A stretch of DNA of 64,000 nucleotides from Basidiobolus meristosporus CBS 931.73 (taxonomy: Eukaryota > Fungi > Basidiobolomycota). Shown in pieces: positions 1 to 10,944 of the stretch (its first letter is position 1; every line of letters begins with the position of its first letter). Made by a program: the position numbers and the translations under genes. The notes beneath the pieces are model-generated. The model saw only the letters and a list, made by a program, of their open reading frames with translations, was not told where the DNA came from and ran no database searches. The stretch spans positions 1 to 64,000 of the forward strand of contig MCFE01000172.1 in assembly GCA_002104905.1 (NCBI GenBank), written 5' to 3'.

Positions 1-1030
1 TGAGCAACAGACGTTGGGCAAGCCTTGCTGTACCAAGAAACTAATATAAGAATAGCAGAAACCATCCAAGAAAATGAATAGGGGTACCATTGCAAAAAGC
101 AAGTGACTTCCATGTGATCCCATCACAAAAAGGGCTGAAGGCTCTACACTAGTGGCAAAGAGATATCAGGTTGCCAGAAGAGTAATTGTTAGGGACAATT
201 TGGCAGGAATGGACATATCAATGCAGCATCTATCAAAGAAACACTGTAGAACAGTACAAGAAGCACTCAGTCAAAGTAGTAGTCAAAAGACTTGTTCCAT
301 CGTATTGTGCCAGGGCGCGCAGCGTGATCCGCGGTCGCAAAGAATGATTGGGCGCAATATCATAGCTACCAGAAGGCAGGATTGTTCTTGGACAATTTCA
401 CACTATGCGGGACAATCTTGCACACTATGGCACAATCTGACACGATGAGGTTGGCGCGGATGATTGCGCCAACTCATAATGTTTGCATCACATGCGCGAT
501 TGGATACCGCTATAATGGCAGGTAAAATCCGGTATTTGGATATGTTTCTTTAACGTAAATGGAAACAAATGTGTATCACACTATAAACTACACTGATACT
601 TACTATTTTGGTTACCCTCACTCCAATTGGACGGTATCTCAGTGGTTAATTGGTCCAAAAGTATCCTGAAGCTGGCAGCCCCCAATTGGCTCATTGACTA
701 CTGAAAAAGTTACCTGATTTGCCATCAAATATCCCATTTTGCCCATTGAGCAAGTAAATCCCTGATCCTAGTGATTGGACAAGGTGTCCTAGCTAGCACG
801 CAAGCAATCGTGTAGGTGCAAAACAGATCCAATAGCTGCACTGGTATTACAGATGACGTATATATATGCAGGGTGTTTATTTATAGGGGTTCTGTCTTAA
901 ATGTGAGACGACCTTGATATTACTTATATCAAAAATTTGATGATCACTGATTTGCGATGGCTTGATTTGGATCGCAAAAAAAAATGGTTGTTGGGATCAT
1001 TACGAATGTGAGCAATTCAAAGCAATTGCA

Positions 1031-2263
1031 TCATCTTCTCCTGGGTTTTTTTCTCACAGGGATTACTACTGAAGCATTTGGTAGCGACTCACTTTGCACA
1101 CCTATACTACTTCCGGGCTGACTATCATCTTGGCTACTTGTGTATTTGTAGTCAGTATTTTGCCTCCTAGTTGATGAGTGCAATGCTGCAGCTTGGCCGC
1201 GCTGAATTGCTCCAACTGAACCAACTGAACCGGCCTGTAGTGCCACGCGCTGACGCGTTCTTTTACTTGCCAAGGGCTCCGGTGGTTGAGGCACTTCATG
1301 TTGGTCATCATCAGTCAGTTCACCAGAAGTAACTTGCTGATGGTCAGGCAAAACAGCACGCACAGGCGCGCCTTGACGTGTTGAGATGGCCCTTGGCTGA
1401 GTTCAATGTGATGCCGCATGTTGACGCAACTCGGTCCGCTCCAATGGACTCGTGTCTAAATGAGCAGTTTGGCGAGTTCTTGTAGTTTTGCTCTGAAGCG
1501 CGCGCGTTGACTCAATGCGGGGCGTTCTAGTAAAGGGTGTTGGCGTGGTTGGGACTGACATGAGCCAGCACGCTGTGGTTGCAAGAGAAGGTAGGGAATC
1601 CAGCGAGGCGTGCTGGCGCAATCTGGACAATGTTGCTGGCGGTCTGTATTCTTCCTCCTGAAGCTCACCATCTGATTCCTCAAGGTATTCACTTACCCTC
1701 TGTCTGATACTTTGGAGCTGTTGCCTGGATGAGTCCTGTGTATATTGTTCTCGGAAGCCACTTAGCTCTACTAATATATCACGTAGTACATTAGTCATTT
1801 GAGGCAAAAACTCATTCAAAATCTCTTTGGTTCCCAAAGTTGAGGCACAAACGGACGCGTCCGGCCCGTACTGTGCAAATTGCGCGCAAAATTGTTCCCA
1901 CGTGGCTTCTTTGTCAAATCCCCTCACTCTCAGCTCATTCTTGATTTCAATACTTGTCTTGTTATATATCTTTTTACATACATCGGCTGGCATCTTGATG
2001 TAGAACTCATGCCACAGCTTTCTACTCAAATTCTTCCATCTTTGTTGACTCTCTGAGGTATCTAGTTCTGCTAGATTAATCAGTAGTGCCCAAATATCTG
2101 TATGAAGGCTCATCATAGACACTTGGCCCATACTAAAATCATTTGGCGAGAACTTGAACGGATCCGACATTGTCTTTTCCGGTCCGGACCACGCTTGTGA
2201 GCTGGGGGATAGGTTTTGTCTGGGTTGTACTAAAGATGAGTTGAGGCTTGGTATGGGGACCAT
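1031..2263 (-). CDS. Transposon partner protein with Myb/SANT(trihelix)-like segment; interrupted by one in-frame TGA at 1403-1405
   Basis: WKNLSRKLWHEFYIKMPADVCKKIYNK resembles the trihelix/MADF pattern. ORFs 1403-2263 and 1031-1363 are in the same frame, separated by a single stop. Ends in basic PVRKKPRRR. Confidence 0.6.
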
Positions 2264-2622
2264 AGCAACGGATTTGGATACTTATACAGCAGTATATTGG
2301 CATCAACCTGGTCTTATATGAAGTATATATGAAAACTAAAGTGATTGTTGAGTTTTCCATATATTATGCATGATGCATCTTGGATTGCGTTGACACAGAT
2401 CAGATCACATCAATTGCAGATTTCCTATTTGATTATAGACCTCTGATTAAAGCATCAATAAAAGTACCAAGGCATTGTTTGCGGATGATTTTTGCAACAT
2501 AATGATGGGATACATGGCAATTGATGGAGATTTAACCATAATGTGTTAAAAATCAGATAAATAACGCAGATTGTGCCAAATCAATTCAAACCGCCTTCAT
2601 ACAATCATCCATCAATTTTAAT

Positions 2623-3507
2623 ATGACTTACTCATCTGAATGGTCTTTTCTCATCAATCCCATCACTACCACTGGATTTCCTTTTGACACACTGGAGGAG
2701 ATCTATACCAAGTACTGTGGACCATCAACCCCAATCTACTCAAGGAGATCCCTTGTTAAGCTTCTCTGCTATTACAAGAACTATTGCCCCACAAGGTTTC
2801 ATCCCACCATTCATGGCAACAAAAGTCCTAGAAGCTTTCATTCCCAGCTGATAGCAATGGAGAACCACCTTGCAGAGGGTATGAATGACTTAGAGCAAGC
2901 TTGGAATAGTAGGTTCAGAAGCTCCAATAGACTTCCATATCCCAGAGTGTTCAGCAACAGGTTCCATATCAGGAGTATTTTGGATACCTTCCCAATGAGG
3001 ATTAACAGACCTTCTAGAGGGCAGAGGCACTTTTATTCTGGCAAGTACAAGGCACACTGTGTGAAGTTTCAAGCACTGTCTGACATTGAGGGTAACACCA
3101 CCTGGTTTAGTGGGCCATTTGCTGGAAGTAGGCATGACAAAGCACTCTGGGTAGAGAATCATCCTGAATTCAGCAGAGAGGAGAAATGTATGGCAGACTT
3201 AGCCTATATAGGAGAGGATTGTCAGAGATTAGGATGTATTACAGCTTATAGGAAGCCAAGGAATGGTGTGCTTAGCAGGAAGCAGAAGCTCTACAATGAG
3301 ATATTTAATCATTTCAGAGTAAGGGTAGAGCACACATTTGGATATCTGAAGAGATTCAGCATATTGGCAGGTAAATACAGAGGAAAGTCATATATAGGTG
3401 AAAACAGCAGAATAGGTAAAATAGTTAAGATACTTATCAATGCACAGTATGTTCATACAAGAAGACATCCACTGAGAGAAATGTGTCTGGAGCACTATGA
3501 AGAGTAA
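2623..3507 (+). CDS. DDE transposase (DDE_Tnp_4-like; IS5/ISL2-Harbinger type), 294 aa, intact
   Basis: Motifs ILDTFP, YSGKYKAHCVKFQ, GSRHD, MADLAYIG and YNEIFNHFRVRVEHTFGYLKRF give the catalytic D/D/E. Confidence 0.9.
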   Translation: MTYSSEWSFLINPITTTGFPFDTLEEIYTKYCGPSTPIYSRRSLVKLLCYYKNYCPTRFHPTIHGNKSPRSFHSQLIAMENHLAEGMNDLEQAWNSRFRSSNRLPYPRVFSNRFHIRSILDTFPMRINRPSRGQRHFYSGKYKAHCVKFQALSDIEGNTTWFSGPFAGSRHDKALWVENHPEFSREEKCMADLAYIGEDCQRLGCITAYRKPRNGVLSRKQKLYNEIFNHFRVRVEHTFGYLKRFSILAGKYRGKSYIGENSRIGKIVKILINAQYVHTRRHPLREMCLEHYEE

Positions 3508-5170
3508 ATAAAGCAAGGAAAGCACTATTCTGAGCAACATAAGTAAGATTGAGTAAAATTACCAGTAACTGTATCATACCACTGGCATCATGGTAGAAAT
3601 TATAGTGCCAGATGGTGCTGTAGAGTGCCAGATCAATCTGGCACTATAAACAGGCTGGCACTATGTGGCACTATCAAACAGAACAAGTCTAAAGACTGGA
3701 CAATGATAGTAAGGTGAAGGGAAATAGAAGAGAAAAAATATCTATCCATTCCAGAGACAGACAGCTGTGAGAAAAGCTGCTGCTATAACAAATTAATGCT
3801 GTCAACCTGCAACATTCCATATTAAAAATATTTTGGCCTGCAGGTGGATCTGATCCAGATCAGCCCCCAGGATTCAGTAGGGAGTCTGTCATAATGCTGA
3901 CAGCTTGAAGTTATTGCCCCTTCTCACAATATCATTACTGGATTTTAATGGCATTTTGTTAATTTTACTGCCAAATGGCATAAAAACTTAACAACAAAAC
4001 TTAAGCAGTTCTTGGACCATAATTGCATGACATTACAATGATCTTAATGTACAATTTACTTATTTCAGCAGACCTAGCCAGCCAATACATCCAATTGCTT
4101 TATATGGCAAGAAACTTGATGGTTTTATGACAGTCTCATTCCTCACCTCTGAAGGCATTATACCCTATGACAAATAATTTGGTCCTGCTGGTGGATCTAA
4201 TCCAGATCAGCCATGAAGATCCTTTTTAGCACCAGCAGCTTGGAATTAACAACCCTCACACAGTTGTATGATGGGATCACAAGGGCACTTGGCTAATTTC
4301 ACTGCCAGATAAAGTTAAAAAACAAAATAGTGTTTGGGCAGTGTTTTGCCAAGGGTGGTGTAGCATTGATGCAGTCTTGGTGGACTCTACAACTATTTGA
4401 GTGATCTAACTGGCCAGTACATCCAATTGACTTGTACAGCAAAAAACCTGATGGTGCTTTGACAGCCTCATTGCAAGCCTCTGATTGCATTCTGACAGCA
4501 GTGTGGTAGCCTACAGTTAATTCTCTATATTGCTACTATACCAATTTACCAAATGATATATACTTTTTCTACTTACCCTTGCACAATTCAAGTATACCAC
4601 TGTAAAATCCCCCCACTTTATTTACTTAACCACTGCTACCTTGGGTATTCCACATATAGTTTGAATCAAAAAATACTATGGCTTCCTGCTCACTAACCTC
4701 TACAAATGTACAGACCTGCCACAACTGACATACTTCTATCACCTCAACTTTACGGCTTTTTAGTATGATACTTGCAAGTTGCCATATACCTTGAATTGCT
4801 GTTAACTTACAAATCTTTGAAACAAATGCTCAGTTGCCACCACTTCTGCCATGAATACCTCCTAAATATCTGCAAAGAGCTTTTTGGTATTTAGCCATTC
4901 TATTCCTTCTCCCTGCTGGATTCTAGTCTCTCTTATAGGTGCACTCTGGTTCTTATATGTGTGAATTCTGTTTTAAGTGGTGAAGAGATTTGCTTGTGAC
5001 CAGGACAAATCTGGCATACCTTGGTATTGTTTTTTTAATAAAAATTAGTTGCATGTTGCACCCAACTCAATTTTCCATTGCTTAACTGATAACCCACTCA
5101 TTGAGGCTGCTTAGCTTCTTAAAGCCATAGGCATAGGTGTCTCCATGTGCACATCTGTCCTCAGTATATT

Positions 5171-5904
5171 AGACTTGTTCCGTCGGATAGTGCCACATTG
5201 AGCCATGAGTGCCAAATGATGCCATAGTGTGCCAGAGAGGCCAAGTGAGCCTCTACCTGGCCACAGAGTGTGAAACATAGCTCTGCATCTTCATGCAAAG
5301 CAGCCCCTGTGTTTCACCCATTGTGTTGGAGAAAATCCATTTTTTGACCTTTTTTTTTGGATCAATGTTGTGAAGGATGTGTTAGAGCACAAAAGAATTG
5401 AAGATATGCATCTGGTACTCAATACCCATGGCACTCTGAATCTAGCTCCTGTAGCTTGTATCATGTCACAAAAATGAATGGCACTATCTTGGTCCACTGG
5501 TACTATCTGGCACTATAAGTGCTTTGTATAGATCTTACTTTAGGTCTAATATTTAAATATAGTGCCAGATAGTACCAGTGGACCAAGATAGTGCCATTCA
5601 TTTTTGTGACATGATACAAGCTACAGGAGCTAGATTCAGAGTGCCATGGGTATTGAGTACCAGACACATATCTTCAGCTCTCCTGTGCTCTCACACATTC
5701 TGAGCTACATTGATCCACAAAAAAAGGTCAAAAAATGGATTTTCTCCTGCGCAATGGGTGAAACACAGGGGCTGCTTTACATGAAGATGCAGTGCTATGT
5801 TTCACACTCTGTGGCCCAGTATAGGCTCACTTTACCTCTCTGGCACACTATGGCATCATTTGGCACTCATGGCTCAATGTGGCACTATCCAACGGAACAA
5901 GTCT
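5171..5904. mobile_element. Non-autonomous foldback element (MITE-like), ~347-bp inverted arms, 40-bp spacer
   Basis: 5171-5517 is the reverse complement of 5558-5904. Termini are AGACTTGTTCC/GGAACAAGTCT with an ATT TSD (5168-5170, 5905-5907). The array unit resumes after the element. Confidence 0.92.
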
Positions 5905-5959
5905 ATTATCATTCTTCTAGGCTGACCCTGTGTGCCAACTCATCACATCCATGATGGAC

Positions 5960-6730
5960 TTGATGATAATATTCTTGATAGAATTGGGATGTGGTAGTAC
6001 ATGCAACTTTGCTTGTCTTCCTATCTCCTCAAACATTTGCTCCACAGGAAATTCCCAAAAGGTGCAGCAAGGCCCAATATTCTCTACATGCCAAGCAGGA
6101 TGGAGTAGTGAATGGATACAGTAGCAACAGAGATCTACATGTTCAGCTTTGTGTTTGTTGTATAGCCACTGAAGTCCTGTTACAAACTCCTTGCACAAAG
6201 CTGTAGAGGCATCAAGTTGGTATTGGTGATCTGCTTCTGGATAAGTATTCTTACAATGTCCACATATGGCTCCCAATGCTTCCAACATACTCTTGGTGGA
6301 AATAGCTTCAGATGGCCACTGGAATAAATAGACTTGTTCCATTGTGCCATTGGTCATAGTGCCAGAAAGTGCGGTATATTTTGTTATTAATTTGATATTT
6401 TAGGGTCATATGCATGTCAATTTTGATCCCAAATTGGCACTGTATGGCACTATCTGGCACTCTGTGGCATGATCAGGCACCATCTGGCATGCTATGGCAC
6501 TATTGGGCACTATTATCAGCTGGAATGATGGAACAAGTCTAATACATATCCAGTTCATCCAGTCCTTGAACTTGCATTGTTGCATATACATATGATTGTT
6601 GATTGGAGCCTATGTGGTGTATTCTGGATAGCATATACTCTGTAGTATCTTGCTAATTCTTTCAAGCTTCTCCACTGTCTTGAAGGGCTCATTCAGTTCA
6701 AAATACCTCTTGTACAACTTGGTCATTGGT
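5960..6730 (-). pseudogene. CACTA/EnSpm-like (CMC) transposase C-terminal fragment
   Basis: FKDWMNWICIYS..KHWEPYVDIVRILIQKQIT and CKEFVTGLQWLY..IHSLLH..IGPCCTFWEFPVEQ match the conserved C-terminal pattern of fungal EnSpm-like transposases. Frameshifted and interrupted by a MITE. Confidence 0.65.
6330..6540. mobile_element. 211-bp MITE of the AGACTTGTTC family
   Basis: AGACTTGTTCC...GGAACAAGTCT termini, AAT TSD (6327-6329, 6541-6543), and a run of ~10-bp TGGCAC(T/C) subterminal repeats. Confidence 0.88.
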
Positions 6731-8461
6731 AAACCCTATGAAAAATAATTTGGTTCTGGAGGTGAATCCAATCCAGTTGAGCCAAGATGATCCCATCAGG
6801 AGACTGCAACATTGTTAGCAGCTTGGAATCAATAACTATCTACATGATCTTATGACAGGATCACAACATTGTTTGGCTAATTTTACAATCAAATAAAGTT
6901 AGAACATGACAGTGTTTTTATGATATTTTGCTAAGGGTGGCATGGCATCTTTGCAGTCTTAGTATACTCTACAACTAGTTGAGTGGATCTAACTGGCCAG
7001 TACATCCCATTGCCTTATATGACAAAGTACTTGACAGTGTTCCAATGGCCTCATTGCAAGCCTCTCATGGCATTATTACAGCAGTATGTGGCCTATAGAT
7101 GGTTCTGTATAATGCTACTGTACCTACTTACCAAATGATATTTCCTTTTCTTACCTCCTCTTGTGCAATTCATATATTCCACTGCAGAATCACCCTACTT
7201 TATTTACTTGCCCACTACTACCTTGGGTATTACACATATATTCTGAATCAGTAAATACTATGGTCTCCTGCTTACTAACCACTACAAATACATGCACCTG
7301 TCACAATTGACATACTTCTAGCACCTCAAATTTATCACTTTTTAGTATGATACTTGCAAAGTTGCCATATATCTTATATTGCTTCATCTTGCTAACATAT
7401 ACTTGGTGACCACCACATCTGTCATAAATACCTCCTGAATATCCACAAAGTACTTTCTGGTATTTAGCCAATATATTCCTTCTCCCTGCTGGACTCTAGT
7501 CTCATTATAGGTGCACACTGGCTCTTGCTTGTATGAATACTGTATTAAATGCTGTAGAAGTTGGCTTGCAACCAAGAGAAATCCTGCATACTTTTGAAGG
7601 GTTTTCCTAATAAGAATTAGCTGCTTGTTGCACCTAACCCAACTTTGCATTACTTAACTGATTACCCACGCATTGGGGCTGCTTAGCTTCTTAATACCAT
7701 AGGCATAGGTGACTTTATGGGCACATCTGTGCTGAGTATGTTTGAATTCTTCCTGGCTGTCCTCCATGTGCCAACTCACTACAACCATGACAGACCTGAA
7801 GGTAGTCCCTATAAATAATGATTTGTACCCATGGGTGGATCCAATCCAGATCAGCCATCAAGATCCTATCAGGAGGCTGCTATAAAACCAGCAGCTTGGA
7901 ATAATGACTCTCTATGTCCAGTTGCCTATATGGCAAAAACCCTGACGGTGCTCTCACGGCCTCTTTGCAGGCCTCTGATGGCATTATCATAGCTGTATAG
8001 TGGCCTACAGCTAGTTCTGCATAATGTCACCATACCAATTTACCAAACAGTATTTCCTTTTTCTGCCTCCCCTTTTGAAATTCATATTTTCCACTGTAGA
8101 ATCACCCCTTTTTATTTGCCTACCCACTACTACCTTGGGTATTCCACATATAGTTTGAATCAAAAAAACTATGGCCTCCAGCTTACTGACCTCTCCAAAC
8201 ACACACACCTGCTACAACTGATATACTTCTATCACCTCACTCTACAGCTTTTTAGTGTGATGCTTGCAAAGTTGCTATATACATTGTATTGCTGGTAACA
8301 TACACATCTTGCAAACAAATGCTTGGTTGCAACCGCTTCTGCCATGAATACCTCGTGAATATCTGCAAAGAGCTTTAGGGTATTCAACCAATATTTTGCT
8401 ACTCCCTGCTGGATTCTAGTACACCTTATGGGTGCATTCAGACTCTTGTTTGTGTGAATTC

Positions 8462-8967
8462 TGTTGTAGTGGGGTGACAGTGACACCCACTGACAGATGT
8501 GCTCATTCCCATATTTTCTTCTTCCCTATATCTCTACTACACTTATTTTAGTTTTATCCCATTTGTCTTACCTGATCAGTACTATCCCATAAGCTGGTTG
8601 ACTATCACATCTGCTCACCTTATTGCATAAGTTATCCATCACTTTATGTAAGATTACTAGCTATAAGTGCTTCTATATTAGGCAGGTACCCATGTCAGTA
8701 CCCATGACAAATGATCAACCTGTGTCACCTTCCCTACCATTTCCATACCATATATGGTATTCCTATGTTACACAGGTTTCAGTGTACTTATTCCTGATTG
8801 GTTAGATGAGCTGTGCCTCTTATAACCTTCTGGCACCTACTTGGAACATTCTTAGGTCATTCTGATGGCATTAAGATTTCTATTATTATCCAGAACCTTC
8901 TGGAACACCATGATTAGTAATCACTTAGCCAGTAAGAAAAGTATGTAAGGGAGGCTATCCCTCAACA
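8462..8967. mobile_element. Candidate solo/partial LTR (second family)
   Basis: TGTTG...CAACA termini; it truncates the last array copy. No TSD found. Confidence 0.45.
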
Positions 8968-10093
8968 ATAAATCATCATCCCTTTTATCAATACACCAAC
9001 TTGTTGATAAGTGTGATCACTGCTACCTGCTGCTACCTGAACTTTCAACCCCAGACCACAGGACACTACCAGGAAACCACACTTACTGCCAACTGACCTT
9101 GGAGGCACTACCTGTGAGGAATACTCAGAGTAGGTATCTTTTATTACATTTGATTCTTTCCCAAGTTTGTTCTTGTACAGGCAAAGATACTTTTCTGTCT
9201 TTGTAACTATTGACCACAGCTGCATTCTTATCAAGTCCCTGCTGGTGGAGTTTACAGTTGTTTTGACTTTGGAAGCTTTAGTACATTGTCATCTCAAAGG
9301 ACACTGAATCCAGCACATACTTTTGTTAAGATGCCAACTAAGTTGGGGATTGTAGCTCAATAGTTTTCCCTTGACAAGCTTGTGGCTTTATTCCCCTTCA
9401 CATTAGATTAGAGACAGAACCCAAGTATTCCTAGCAAGCTTTTGCCAGAGGTTATTGCACCCAGTGAACACCCCACACACAAAACACTTGAGAAGTGTTG
9501 GAAGTATCTCTCCCTTGGACCTATACACCACCACACCAGTCTGATGTGTGTCCTTTCCTTTTGCAGTAGTTACAAAACAGGTTGCTGTTGTCTTTGTAGG
9601 GTTATGGGTACCTCCTTTGTTGGTTAACATTGCTTATTAAAGCATTTTCTTCTTCCTTCCTATTTACGCTTGAATTTCTTAATTCTTCATCCAGGAGCCT
9701 CCCATATACATAATTTAAGGTCAAATCTTCAGTTCTGGACTCTAGGGCTGATACAAGGCCCTGAAAACTGTCTGTCAGGCTATTCAGGATGGTAACTATC
9801 ACATCCTCATCAGTAGTTGGTATGCCCACAGATTCCATCTCATCTACCAGTAGGGTAATTCTGTTAATTAGATTTTTCATTTCTTCTCCTGGCAGCATCT
9901 TTGTAGTAAAGAATTTTTGTCTCAAATACATTTTCTTAGCAGCTGAACATGACTGGTAGGTGTCTTCTAATGCCTTCCAAGCATTCTTTGCTGTTTTTAC
10001 TCTTGAGCATTGAGTTGGCAATTTGTCTTTAACATTAAGGCAAATGCAGGATCCAAAGCAAAGTATACACCAAGAGGACAGGACAGCAACCTT

Positions 10094-10106
10094 GGGGCTG
10101 ATAACC
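10094..10106 (-). promoter_or_regulatory. Copia primer-binding site GGTTATCAGCCCC
   Basis: Directly abuts the LTR end and resembles the canonical copia GGTTATG(A/G)GCCC PBS. Confidence 0.6.
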
Positions 10107-10456
10107 TGTTGCAATATTCTGAGGAGTATTGGAAGTGATGTGGAGAACTAGAGGATTTACATGTTTTTCACTTGTAGATTTATTGATCAAAAGTATGATA
10201 TTTATACTTTTGATAAAGTAGAGCAAACAAACGTGTAGAGTTTGCTAAGGAAGGTCCCAGGAATATGTGTGCAAAGTTTGGGGGCTTTTGGACAACTTGG
10301 AGAAAGATCATAATCTGGGTACCTGATAATTTGGTGAAAATATTCTAAGTAAATCCCAACAAGAAATTTGGTCAGGACAAAAATGCCAATCAAGGAATAA
10401 GGTCTATGTGACTAAGTTAGTATGAATATTTTGGTGACAACTTAATAATTACAACA
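10107..10456 (-). mobile_element. Copia LTR (350 bp)
   Basis: TGTTG...CAACA ends; similar to 10630-10944 and 34089-34437; PBS immediately follows on the minus strand. Confidence 0.8.
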
Positions 10457-10629
10457 CTTTGTTCTTTCTTCTGGTACTTTAAGGCTTCCTCTCCCATGTT
10501 TTTAGGAGGGCATTCTTCTCCCATGACAATATCCCAAAGCCCTCTTTCTTGTAGCAGCATCTTCATCTTCACCTTCCACACTTGGTAGTTAGATCCATCC
10601 AACTTTTCAGCAGAGTAAAGAATTCCACC

Positions 10630-10944
10630 TGTGAACATTCCAGAGAGTTTGGGTAGTTTCACATAATGATTTATTGAATGCAAAAGTAGTATTTATACTT
10701 TTACATGGTCTTGGCATATCAGACACACAGATTATGTTTAGGAAGGTCCCAACAACATGTGCAAAGTTTGGGGCTGTTTGGACAACTTGTAGATTTCCAA
10801 TGCTCTGGGCACCTGATGTTTTGGTGAGAATATTCCAAGTGAATTCCAACAAGGAATTTGGTCAGAACTCTCTAAGATATGTAGATAATGATTTAAGTGA
10901 CTAGGTAAGATGAATATTTGGGTGCAATTATGAAATCTACAACA
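10630..10944 (-). mobile_element. Second Copia LTR copy
   Basis: Shares GGAAGGTCCC..GTGCAAAGTTTGGGGCT..GGAATTTGGTCAG..AAGTGACTA..CTACAACA with the other LTRs. Confidence 0.75.

Larger units (their letters stand above)
288..3690. mobile_element. Full-length PIF/Harbinger-ISL2-type (PHIS) DNA transposon, two divergent ORFs
   Basis: Begins AGACTTGTTC (288) and ends GAACAAGTCT (3690), a perfect 10-bp TIR. Flanked on both sides by AAA (285-287, 3691-3693), a 3-bp TSD. Subterminal TGGCACTA/TAGTGCCA motifs. Contains a DDE transposase and a Myb/SANT-like ORF. Confidence 0.85.
3840..8461 (-). repeat. Degenerate tandem array of a ~1.07-kb unit (one partial plus ~3 copies) with decayed coding signal
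   Basis: The junction motif CCCTAT..A(A)TAAT..GGTGGATC(C/T)AATCCAGATCAGCC recurs near 4163, 6734 and 7808. Alignable blocks (e.g. TACCTTGGGTATT(C/A)CACATAT, CCCTGCTGGA(C/T)TCTAGT) occur in each copy. Minus-strand translations are homologous between copies but full of stops. Confidence 0.8.
9530..10629 (-). pseudogene. Ty1/Copia gag remnant, split by an LTR
   Basis: N-terminal EKLDGSNYQVWKVKMKMLLQERGLWDIV (10457-10629), then TAKNAWKALEDTY..LLNSL..VSALE (UBN2-type gag) and the CCHC knuckle CNYCKRKGHTSDWC near 9533-9574. Confidence 0.85.

Noticed and set aside
859-880. TATATATG-CAGGGTGT, resembling a Tc1/mariner end
   Set aside because: No matching inverted end was found.
8462-10456. Interpretation as one complete Copia element bounded by 8462-8967 and 10107-10456
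   Set aside because: The two putative LTRs are not similar to each other, and no pol domains or shared TSD are present.
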